A stretch of 63,472 nt of DNA, the filler included, from Trichosphaerium sp. ATCC 40318 (Eukaryota > Protista > Tubulinea): the NCBI GenBank assembly GCA_038496445.1. It is 3 parts of 3 records of this genome, joined end to end, with 100 filler letters (N's around TTAATTAATTAA, not from the genome) between each part and the next. Parts side by side here need not be neighbours in the genome. Positions count along the whole stretch, not along the records: positions 24,926 to 52,697 come from JALMLS010000116.1; 2 more parts are not named here. The stretch is one strand, 5' to 3'. The notes beneath the pieces were generated by a model. That model was not told the DNA's origin. It ran no database searches and worked only from the letters and a program-made list of their open reading frames with translations. A program made the position numbers and the translations under genes. Positions 37,917-47,983 of the stretch are shown here, in pieces. Numbering within the stretch: position 1 is the stretch's first letter; each line of letters begins with the position of its first letter.

Positions 37917-38652
37917 AGTGAATGAAAGCATCACATTCAAGCTGTTTGTGTTGTTGTAAAGCGGGAAAAATGTCTTGAGTTCCTACCAAAAACTTCACAT
38001 AAAAGAAGTAAAACTCAAATCGAGAATTGAAGTTCTTTTTGGTATGGTCACGCGTAGTAGGTGGTTTTAAACCACTTTAAACAACTATTTCTTCTTTTCG
38101 GGTATTAAACGCATTGCATCCTCAACCTCACATGTGTTTCGCTGCTACTATGTAGATGCTTAGTCTAAGCTTCAAGAAGTTCCTCTTCTGCAATGTTTAA
38201 GCATTTATAGAATGTTTGTTTCTAATTTGTGCGTACTCTCAAGCGTTCATAAACCACTTCTATAATACGTTTAAGTGCAAAGGATGTGAAATCCCTGAAA
38301 CGCTGAGAGAGATAGCAAAGAGATGGCGCTCATATTTTGCTAAAACAGTTTCCGATACTTTCCTTAAAAGGTGTGAAGACCATTTGCCCTGCTAGTACTA
38401 CTCCGCGATGCCTAAATACATTATACTAGCATAAACACATGAATTGGCGGATTAACAAAAACAAAAGCTGAAAAAAAGAAATAGTTGTTTAAAGTGGTTT
38501 AAAACCACCTACTACGCGTGACCATACCAAAAAGAACTTCAATTCTCGATTTGAGTTTTACTTCTTTTATGTGAAGTTTTTGGTAGGAACTCAAGACATT
38601 TTTCCCGCTTTACAACAACACAAACAGCTTGAATGTGATGCTTTCATTCACT
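37917..38652. repeat. Perfect 177-bp inverted repeat (37917-38093 / 38476-38652) with 382-bp spacer
   Basis: The arms are exact reverse complements by eye. No TSD. Confidence 0.92.
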
Positions 38653-38816
38653 TTAGAATAGTGTATGGGTTTTTAATGTCGCCTTGTGTAAGCAAATAAG
38701 TAAATAACTCGGCTACTATTCGCGACTTAGTATCCAAAACCAGAACTCAACCACTCCAAACAGCTTTTTTGGTCTAACTGCCACCGTGGTCTGTTAAATG
38801 TATTAAACTTGAAAAC

Positions 38817-39019
38817 AAAAAGCTATCTTAGTATTAGCACATCACCACTTATTCTAGGGGGGCGGGAAGTCTAGACATTTATAGCCTATGTCGGTCGTGT
38901 ACAGCACCAGCACCGTTAAGATCAGTACTGCACGTCTGCATTGACCTGCCTACGGGGAAGACAAAGCACGAAGTCAGTCATGCAATGCCATAACCTGCCT
39001 CTAGCCAAGATTTCACTTG
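38817..39019 (-). ncRNA. Structured ncRNA family, copy 6
   Basis: CTGACTTCGTGCTTT (from 38977); AGGTCAATG pairing with GACTT; AGGC-TATAAAT-GTCT (G-U wobble); AGCTTTTT. Upstream CCACAATTTTTTTTT. Confidence 0.68.
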
Positions 39020-39064
39020 CTGCAATAACAGCCAAAACAGTTTTTGAAACTGAAGAATTTGAAC

Positions 39065-39079
39065 AAAAAAAAATTGTGG
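39065..39079 (-). promoter_or_regulatory. DUSE-like upstream element of ncRNA copy 6
   Basis: CCACAA+T9, 102 nt upstream of CTGAC. Confidence 0.6.
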
Positions 39080-39519
39080 CATAAAAGCAAACAATTTTGC
39101 ACTTGTCTTTTGATTGAGTACACTTGCAATCAAGTTTGTATAAACTTGGCGTGATTGCCATGCAAGCGGTGTGGTGGCGTATACAGCTTCTGAAAATGCA
39201 AAGAAATATTGTTCCCTAGGATTGAAGTTACATTTATGGTATGACCACGCGTAGTACGACTAGTTTGGTAACATTAAACGACTCTTTTTCTTTTTCTGCG
39301 CTTGTCTATTAAAACGCGTGGTAAAGTAACGGCTAGTGCATCGTTAACTGTAGACTGATTGCTATTTGCTTCTGAATAAATGCTTCCGCAGTAGCACCCG
39401 CCGTGATGTTGCATCCGTACGGCGTTAAGGTTAGGTACTAGAAAAGAGTGCAGAACGCAGAGTGTGGTGCAACAGTTTAACAGGCTTTGAACAACAACTT
39501 AATTGACTGTTTAAAATTG

Positions 39520-41032
39520 ATGGGTAACAACACAGCTCCCGAACCAGCTCCAAAGGCACCACAACTCAGTAATAAGGGTTTCTCCGACTGGCCACAAGAG
39601 TTAACAGACAAACAATGGTACGATTCGTATCATGTCATTATATCTGATACCCGTAGCGTGGGTGTTCTTGAGGTGAACCTAGAACAGAACAAAATTTCGG
39701 CTATCCCAGCGGAAGCGTTAATAGCTTTAACAGGTGTTCAAACACTCAATCTACGCAGTAATGCCTTTGTGGAAGGTAATTGGCGCTTTTCACAAAACCT
39801 GGTTACGCTTGACCTGTCATCCAACAATATATCATCTTTAAACCTCCAAGCACCTCAATTAACGAATTTAAATCTAAACAACAACAACCTGAGCAAAATG
39901 CCACCCGCTGTGTACAAATTACGGACGTTATGTGTTTTAAACGTAAGCAATAACTATTTAACAACTTTGGATGAAGATCTATCGACATTAGAACAATTGA
40001 CGGCTCTATTCGCAATGTCCAATAAAATAACTACAATACCATCAGTACGTCAATACAGTTAGCACAGTATTTTTACTACTGTTAACGTCATTTTTCGCGA
40101 TACACCTAGCTTCGCTTCGTAGCACTTTAACCTCAGCGTAGGAAATAGGTCAATTGACAAACTTGCATGTGCTAGCGTTATCAAACAATGAAGTGAACAT
40201 TCTACCACAAGAGCTAGATGACTGTGCTTCCCTTCAACGTATCTACTTGCGAAACAATCCGATCCCAAAATTTGGTACTCGGTTTACTACGCTTCATCAA
40301 CTTCAGCTTCTCGATATCGACGATCCAGAGCTTGTGGAACTACCATTTAAAGGTGAGTAAATGATACTCGCGATAATCACGTGATAGAGTACGTTTAAAC
40401 TAATTTATTTTGCGTAGCTCTAGAAAAAAACTCAAAACTTGTTATTCGTTGTGATATGGCTAGACTGTCGGAAGTATCAGAAGATTTATACCTTAGTTCT
40501 GCTTTAGGTGCACAAAACTTAAACTTATTACAAGAGTATGCTGTTACACATATCCTTATAGTAGGTGAAGAGCTTGAACCTTACTACCCCAATGTACTTT
40601 GTGTTTTCTTTATACGTTTGTTAAACCATTTGTTCAGTTGTTTAATTATAAAAAAATTGAAATCAGCGACACACCCGATGATGATATTCAAGCTTGCTTT
40701 AAGGAATCTATTGAATTTATTCAAGAAGGTCTTGATGTTGGCGCTGTTCTTGTCCACTGGTACACACTTGTTACATATTGCACCACAATTAACTGTTACT
40801 TCTAGTAAAGAAGGTATTTCGCGAAGTACAACAATAATAATGGCTTGTACGTCAAAAAATTTATGTGTTTATGCTTATGTTTAACCTTGGTTTTGTAGTT
40901 CTCATGCACAGGGACAAACGTGATGTGAATAGAGTTTTGGTACAAATAAAAAACCTTCGACAAGAAGCAAGACCAAACAAGGGGTTTATGGACCAGTTAA
41001 TTGCTTGGGAACAGGAATGCAATATTAAATAA
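39520..41032 (+). CDS. LRR + dual-specificity protein phosphatase, possible N-myristoylation (MGNN)
   Basis: LxxLxLxxNxL repeats; LYLSS...THIL; IEISD; spliced active site VLVHCKEGISRS; ARPNKGFMDQL. Confidence 0.88.
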
Positions 41033-41265
41033 TACACATGCAACACTAGAAATCAAAAAGAATCACTGTAAATAACAAGGTAAAAACTAGAAGAACCATC
41101 ACAAATAACCTAAAAAACTTGCCATCGCTCGGCGATTACATTTTCAAGTCTTCAGATTGCTTCCTAAACATGCGTTGAGTTCAATGAAAAAGTAAATACG
41201 TTATTTCAACATCACTTATTGTTAAAAGTCCTCTTTAACGCGCCTAAGAGTAAAAGCAATGAAGC

Positions 41266-41429
41266 AAAAAGCTGACAAATATGAGCCGCACACTCTACTG
41301 ATGGTGGTTTGCAGAATCAGGCATTTATAACCTTGTCTTAGAATGATCTTGATTGATCCCCCGAGGAGGCGACAACGAAACACAAAGTCAAAGTGCCTCG
41401 AGAGACTGGCGCAGCGTTTTCATATTTAC
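41266..41429 (-). ncRNA. Structured ncRNA family, copy 7 (shortest)
   Basis: TTGACTTTGTGTTT (from 41391); GATCAATC pairing with GATT (compensatory); AGGT-TATAAAT-GCCT; AGCTTTTT. Upstream TCCCACAATTTTTTT. Confidence 0.65.
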
Positions 41430-41472
41430 GTCATGAAAACTTTTTCCTTACTTTTGTACCCACCAAATTTTG

Positions 41473-41491
41473 AAAAAAAAAAATTGTGGGA
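41473..41491 (-). promoter_or_regulatory. DUSE-like upstream element of ncRNA copy 7
   Basis: TCCCACAA (matches WCCCAYAA) + T11, 98 nt upstream of TTGAC. Confidence 0.62.
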
Positions 41492-42923
41492 AAACTGATT
41501 CGAGTTTTTTTTTACATTAACGCTGTTAAATATTTGGAATCTTAACGTAGCTGAGCAATGCGCACCTCGTAATTCGGTCACAATTGAAATAGTTTTGCCT
41601 TTTCCTTGAACAAAGCTTCGCGTTTGTCTACGTGCAGGAGATAACTAACGTAGAAAAAGGTGCTAGCGTCTGTGATTCTGTACCAAGTTTTCACGCAAAA
41701 ACAATGAGAGTGCGGTTTTTGTCTTCACGCTGTAGCAACCAACGTACCGTATCCATGTAAGTCATTAAACGACCTCCAGCCGCTCTCTTTGCCTTGCGGA
41801 AGTTTTGTGATGCACGCGAACAACAGGTTATCGTGGGGCTGGAGAGGTACCCTGTAGTTGAAAACCGCGGCTCCTTAGCTGCTTGATATCTTATTTAAGC
41901 AAAAAAGCTTAGACACTAACAAAGAAACTCGCCATTACCTCCAGCCAGTACCCTCAGTTTCTTATACCAGGTTTAGATAGAATCGGCCGCAAAAGGCTTA
42001 TAGGTTGTTCTATTTGCTTTAAATTATGTCGCACCCTTGGTTGTAGTTTCAGCTTAGCATCCAAAGTGCTACTTGCGAACTGAGCAGAAGGAAAGTTCAA
42101 AGAGATAGCTCTCAGAGGTTTTCGTGAGTTCTGTATTTGGTCCAACTAAAACAAGACAAGAACAAAGTATCCACGCAAGACTAATAGGACTTGATAGAGG
42201 CATTCCTATCAAATCGTTCGTTTTGTGTAATTATCGACAAGAACTGAGATGTTTTCACTACATGAATAGTGTCCTATCGGTACTATGCTACACTCCAAGT
42301 ACCAAACCCACAGAGGTACGAAGCATTCCGTTAAGGAAAATAGGGAAAACGCGGTTTCTAGAATAAGAACGTAAGAATATGCGCCAACATACTTTTGCGT
42401 TTATATATGTTGCAGCCTGCTACGGTATTGTAAACCAAACTCCACACTACGCAATTCTGTCAGAATTACGTTACAACAAGGTCATATTTAAGTCCCTATT
42501 TACTCCTTACGCGTAAGAAAAGGGTTTTAAACAAAATTATATTCTGAGAGCTTATTTATTTTCTGGTTAGCTTCTGGCGCGAAGCCCACGCACATTGTGT
42601 GTTCTCATGAGTTACAAGTTCGTTTTAGAACAACACGATCCTAAAAAGGAACTGAGTCGACGTCTCTTAGCGATTTCTCTGTAGTATTTCACTCATATGT
42701 TGCCAGCACGCTACTACAACGTATTTACGCTAACAACTACACTCATTTAGGACAAATGTTGTCCAGGCACCAATTTTGTAATTTATGAAAGAACAGTACA
42801 AACAACTCAAGGCGTTTTTGCTATGCCAACAAAAAGACAAAAACTGTTCGTAAGTAAGCTTGGAAATTTGCTTATTTTTCAAAACATTGATGAAACAGTA
42901 CTACCAAACACTCAACGCAACAC

Positions 42924-44440
42924 ATGAACAACTCTCATAACACGTTTACTCCAAGAAACGCTATTGACCTGTTAAAGCTCTATCACTTCGGTATCGCTTT
43001 CTTCGGACCGCACTATCAACCTGAACCCAAACGTTTACAAACACCAGAGGTACCAATGCTTGTAACTTTTTCGAGGAAACATGCTCTAACCGTAAGTGTT
43101 TAGCGTACTATCGTTGTTGGTGCACCAGATATTCACACACTGCCGTACGAGGCTTTGTCATGTATTTTTTGGAAACTGAAAACACATTGGAGAAAAAGGG
43201 CTGTGCTTACCTGCAAAGAATGGAGAGATGTGATCTATGACAACGTTGGGTACGCCTTTTACAATTTTCAGTTTTTCAACTTTTCGACAACTTTTCTGCC
43301 TTGCTGCTTGAGGTATAATGCTTCTACAACCCATTACAACAATACTGAAATACATTTTTAAGCTATTTGAGGCCAATGTACCATTTTCTACGATTGTAAA
43401 CTTTACTTCAAAATCCGTGTACCTGACTTTGTTTGTAGTTTTCCTAAAGTAACGATTACACAAGAAAGTAAAGAAATGATAGCACGCCGCGGATTTTTGA
43501 ACTATGCCTTCTATAGCGTCCTTGATCGACAATGCGCGTTAGACAATTGCGCGATATTGAAGAAAGCTAAACATGTGAACCTAAGCAACAACCAAGCAAT
43601 AACAGATGAAATTCTTTCACTTGTCTCCAACGCCAAAGTACTTATTTTGGAGAAGCTCGCACCCACCATTTCCGCAGAAGCTATCAAAAACTTGGGGAAT
43701 TTCGAGCGCCACACTGTGACTCTAACTAAATCCAGACAAGTAGACAACTACGCATCAGCGGGTTTAAAAACGTGCATACAATTAATTTAAGAGGCTGTAC
43801 GCTATTGACAAACGTCAATGCCCTAGCGGGGACTTCTCACGTTATCTTGAGGGATTGTGTGCGCATAAGTGACGTTAATGCACTCGCGGGTGTTCATACA
43901 ATCGACTTGTCAGGCTGCAGACGCATTGGAGACAAATCAATATCGAAGCTGGCAGGAGTGCATACAATTAATCTAACAGATTGCATTAATGTTACCGATG
44001 TCGGCATCACTGCTGTTGCGCAAAAAGTGTACGAGATTAATATGACGCGCCTCCCTTTGATTACTCCTAAATCTTTCAAAGCACTTGGTAACGCTCGTAT
44101 TGTTTATATGCCAAGCAGCGATTCCATTCAAGATTCTGATTTAGGATTGTTGGATAACATTGAGAAGATTCGACTTGAAGGGAACAATATAACGGACGAC
44201 TGTATAAAGTACTTACCGTACGGTACTCGCGTGGCACTAGGAATAACAAATATCCAAACCATCTCAACTACCTTGCCAATGAACCAAGAAGAAGAGGACT
44301 TTCCACGTGGTTCTTACTACCTTCCTCCACTTGAAGGTCAGAGCGAGTTCAAATTCGACCCGTTTAGCTTTGATACAAACGAAGTCCAGAGACAAAAATA
44401 CTACGAAGACAACTTCTTCCCTGCCAATCTCTTTGATTAA
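42924..44440 (+). pseudogene. F-box + LRR protein, paralog 2, with a 1-nt frameshift at ~43752
   Basis: F-box LPYEALSCIF...LTCKEWRDVI. The LRR exon is split between ORFs 43476 and 43772 (VDNY.ISGFKNVHTI versus VNDDTISAFKGVHTI in paralog 1). Confidence 0.75.
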
Positions 44441-45159
44441 CAGATTACAGTGATTGTTAGTTATGGTAACCGACTTTCGAAATGGTCCTTGCCGAAAACA
44501 CTTACCAAGTTTATGTAAAACACAATAAAAAACCGCTTTTGAGATACTTGTTTCGTTGCGTATATTGAAGTATTACTACAGACCAATTACTGTTTCCAAA
44601 ATGTGCTGTAAGACTTAATTTCTTGCTTGCCATTATCCAATATCATTACATGAGACAATGGCGAACAGAATTCTCTACACTCAAAGCGAGACAGAGATGG
44701 CAAACAACAGTTTAATGAAAAATGCAAATGCACCCAAGAATTAAAACTAGCTCTCAATCCCCTTTTTTTTTCCATCGCTAGGCTTGTACGAAACGTTTTC
44801 TTGGACTTCCTTTTGATATCTACACCGACTAGGTTACGCAGTATCACAGTAACCTTTTCTGGTTCCATTGGCTTGCAGTTAAAACACAAAGAAACATTTG
44901 TACATACATAAATAAACCTCAACTCTGGTAAAAGAAACTACATCAAAGCTGTGAACGTGCCACTGTAGCTTTCCATGTTGGTAAGTGCTTTTTTTTCCAT
45001 TTTTATTCTTCCGTAATTTGCAATTCAGGAGTTCGACTTTGGAACGAATAGACGCTTGTCTTGCGTGACTATTAATGTGTACAGCCTTGTTGTTGGAACA
45101 CTTAATGTTGGGTCAGTTTGCAAAATACTAGTTTGATGAAGTTTCTGTTTGTCTAAACC

Positions 45160-45391
45160 AAAAAGCTAGTCCAACGTGTGAATGATGCCATTTGTGTAAG
45201 ACTACGGGTGAAGTCAGGCGTTTATAGCCATATCCGCTCTCCGAAACAATTTCTTGCAGGAGCCTGTAAGAACAGGAAGTTCCGCTGAAAGCCGAACAAT
45301 TGCATTGACTAACCTACTTGGCCGATAACGAAGTACTAAGTCAGAGTATTCGAAAGGCGACAAACACTGACGTGGAGCGCTCTGATGTGTA
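45160..45391 (-). ncRNA. Structured ncRNA family, copy 8
   Basis: CTGACTTAGTACTT (from 45344); AGTCAATG; GGC-TATAAAC-GCC; TGACTT; AGCTTTTT. Upstream CCACAATTTTTTTT. Confidence 0.66.
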
Positions 45392-45437
45392 ATATTGAGG
45401 GAAAACAAACAACTTTTATATTGGCAAACTTAGATAT

Positions 45438-45451
45438 AAAAAAAATTGTGG
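45438..45451 (-). promoter_or_regulatory. DUSE-like upstream element of ncRNA copy 8
   Basis: CCACAA+T8, 107 nt upstream of CTGAC, with ATATAAAAG about 30 nt downstream. Confidence 0.6.
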
Positions 45452-46335
45452 TTTGAGCGTTTATAGCCAATTCGTTTACAACACGGCTGGTGAAACACAT
45501 AGTCAACAAAAATGAGAATAAACTTGTGGATTTTCCAAAAGCAAAGCGTTTTCCTTAACGGAAGCACAGAAATCTCGAGCTACTTGGAGAATTTCGGCCA
45601 CTGGGCCCAGCTATGAGATCCTCAGGGCACAGAGGCAACATAGACTACATTAAACGACATCTTAGTTTTAAATACTGTTTCGAGTAAAACAACATCGGGC
45701 GTCCACCAAACTTGTTCCCTACGCTGTAGAAAGTCCGTTCAGGCCATTTCGCGATTCCAAATTAAATACAATCCATTTACATTCGATATCCAACAAGGTG
45801 TAGGAGCATTCAAAATAGCTCAGCAACCGATAAAACTGAAGTTCAGGAACATTTTACCGCCGTGTGCGCGGTTTTTTTGTTCGTTTGGTCGCTACAGTAA
45901 CCAGGAGCATACTTTCGTCACTTTTATAAAGCGGAAACCGGATCAAAGACAACAGTTCACCTACACCAAGAAAAGTACCATCGACGCTGGTGTAGTACCT
46001 GTGAGCTTGTCTAGAGAGATAGTATGAAATTCGCTGTTGAAAAAGCCTCATCTCCTCTTTTACGCATTTTTTAGCATAAATGACAACTCCACGCGCCTAT
46101 TGCGATACTTTATATTTGTAACCAACACCAAACCGAAAAAGGAAGGTAAGGAACTTAGAGCGGCCATCACTTTGCTTTTTCCGTGTTCAAGTCCGACTTA
46201 TCTTCTTTTTTCAACAAGGTCAAGTGTATGTAACACAAACGTAGTTCTACAAACCACATCAATAAGTCAGCCAAATTTGAAATCTATCTTGCCATAAAAA
46301 TTACTAGTTAAACAACAGCAACAACTCCTCCCAAC

Positions 46336-47740
46336 ATGAACAACATTACCAACAATGCACGCTCTTCTGATGACTCTGATGCGAGTGATCTGCAAAGTTC
46401 ACCAAAGCGTACCCTCCAAACAAATGAAGTACGCTAAAAAAAATTCGTCGAAACTGTAACTAACTAGTTTGATACTTAGAGCCAACACCCTACTCTTGGT
46501 TCATTCCCTGTAGAGCTTAAAGTTGCCATTTTCAGATTCATTCCACTTAACCCCAGAGGAAAACTTCCATTCGTTTGTTCAGAATGGTGTGCCATTGTAT
46601 ATAACCACTTTGGGTACGTCAACACCTACGTTACACTATTTTGTAGTTTTCTTCAACTTTTCTTTAAGTCGCCTTCCCTTAATTTGTTACTGTAGCACCA
46701 AAAAGTTTCAAGTAACCAAAGACAACATGGATGTAGTTACTATAGACGCATTCTTACGCAACACTCTTTTGCGTTTCAAGGAGCCTCTTCAGGCTAACGA
46801 CTGGGAACAGCTGCTACAAGCCAAACACATTTGCCTATCCCGAGCTGACGAACGCTTTATTGAAGACTTTCTATTTGCTCTCCCCGATAATAATGTACAC
46901 ACAGTGAAGTTGAATTTCAAACGGACCAGCCTTGATGTGTTATCCACGTTGGGCCACAAACACCCGCACACAGTGTCTTTGATTGGAAATAAGATCCTGG
47001 ACTATGACACTCTGGCCGCTTTTGCAGGAGTCCATACCATTGTTTTGGACCGCTGCAAGCTTCTGCATAGCGTCAATTGCCTAGCTGGCGTACATACTAT
47101 CAGCCTAAGGTATTGTAGCAATCTAGATACCATTGATCAGCTCGCAACAGTCCATACTATTGATCTATCCAACTGTAGGAAAATAACCGACAATGCAATA
47201 ATGGCTTTGAACGGCGTTTCGGTCATTAATTTGACCAATTGCTCGAAGATAACAAACCAAGGAATTGTACATATCGGACCCAAAATACGTGAAATTAATC
47301 TGACAAACTTGTTTAGAGTTACAGGTCGGGTATGTAAGGCACTCTATAATGCTGAAATAGTGTACCTACCTGGAAACTCGAACTTCTACAACAGCCACTT
47401 AAAACACCTGACGTCTATCAAAAAGATTCATCTACGCGGAAAACACATTACGGCCGATAGCGCTAAGTTTCTACCTTACGCTACTCGCGTTTCTTTGGAT
47501 CGTAAACGCAGTAGCCTGATTGATGAAATGAGGGAGGCATTTCATAGCAATGGAGCAGATAATAAATTTCAGTATGGTTCGTACTTGAACCTAGAGCTAC
47601 CAACAAACTACAACCCTCCAGAATTTGTATACGAATCAGGCGTAGAAACATATGAAGCCCAAAGATTGGAGTACGCACGTTATCACCAAAACGTGGTAGC
47701 TCAGATGCGCCTCAGTACAAGCTCTCAAAAATACTTGTAA
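46336..47740 (+). CDS. F-box + LRR protein, paralog 3
   Basis: F-box FPVELKVAIFRFI...VCSEWCAIV; LAGVHTISLRYC repeats; C-terminus shared with paralog 1 (LPYATRVSL...TYE.QR..YA). Confidence 0.85.
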
Positions 47741-47983
47741 TCGAAATCAGATCATCAATAAATCTACTTGTTTTTTCGTGTCTATATTTTGAGTTAAACC
47801 CTTCTTCCAAATGTGAGCGGATATAGCGGAATAGGGAAGTATAACTTCCGGAATTAGAAGCCAAAATAATTGTAACTTGATTGTTCCAAGAGTTAAAAGG
47901 TGTTAGATAACGGTTGCTTTAGTTAGGTCAGTAAAAAAAAAAAGATAATGTCAATCTTGTTTATTTTTTTTATTGTACATTTT

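Noticed and set aside
35407-41420. 10-nt complementarity between the 5' leaders of copy 5 (GCAGCGTTTT) and copy 7 (AAAACGCTGC)
   Set aside because: A single short match with no other pair showing it; could be chance.
41772-41848. CTCCAGCC/GGCTGGAG stem enclosing ~55 nt
   Set aside because: Single 8-bp stem with no second copy, promoter or covariation support.
31305-45451. CRISPR array or known RNA (U1, U4, Y RNA, TPP riboswitch, hammerhead) as identity of the repeat family
   Set aside because: Copies are dispersed in both orientations with no cas genes. Only short motif resemblances exist (ATTGCAC, CTTTGTGC, GTC/GAC stem), without the remaining diagnostic elements.
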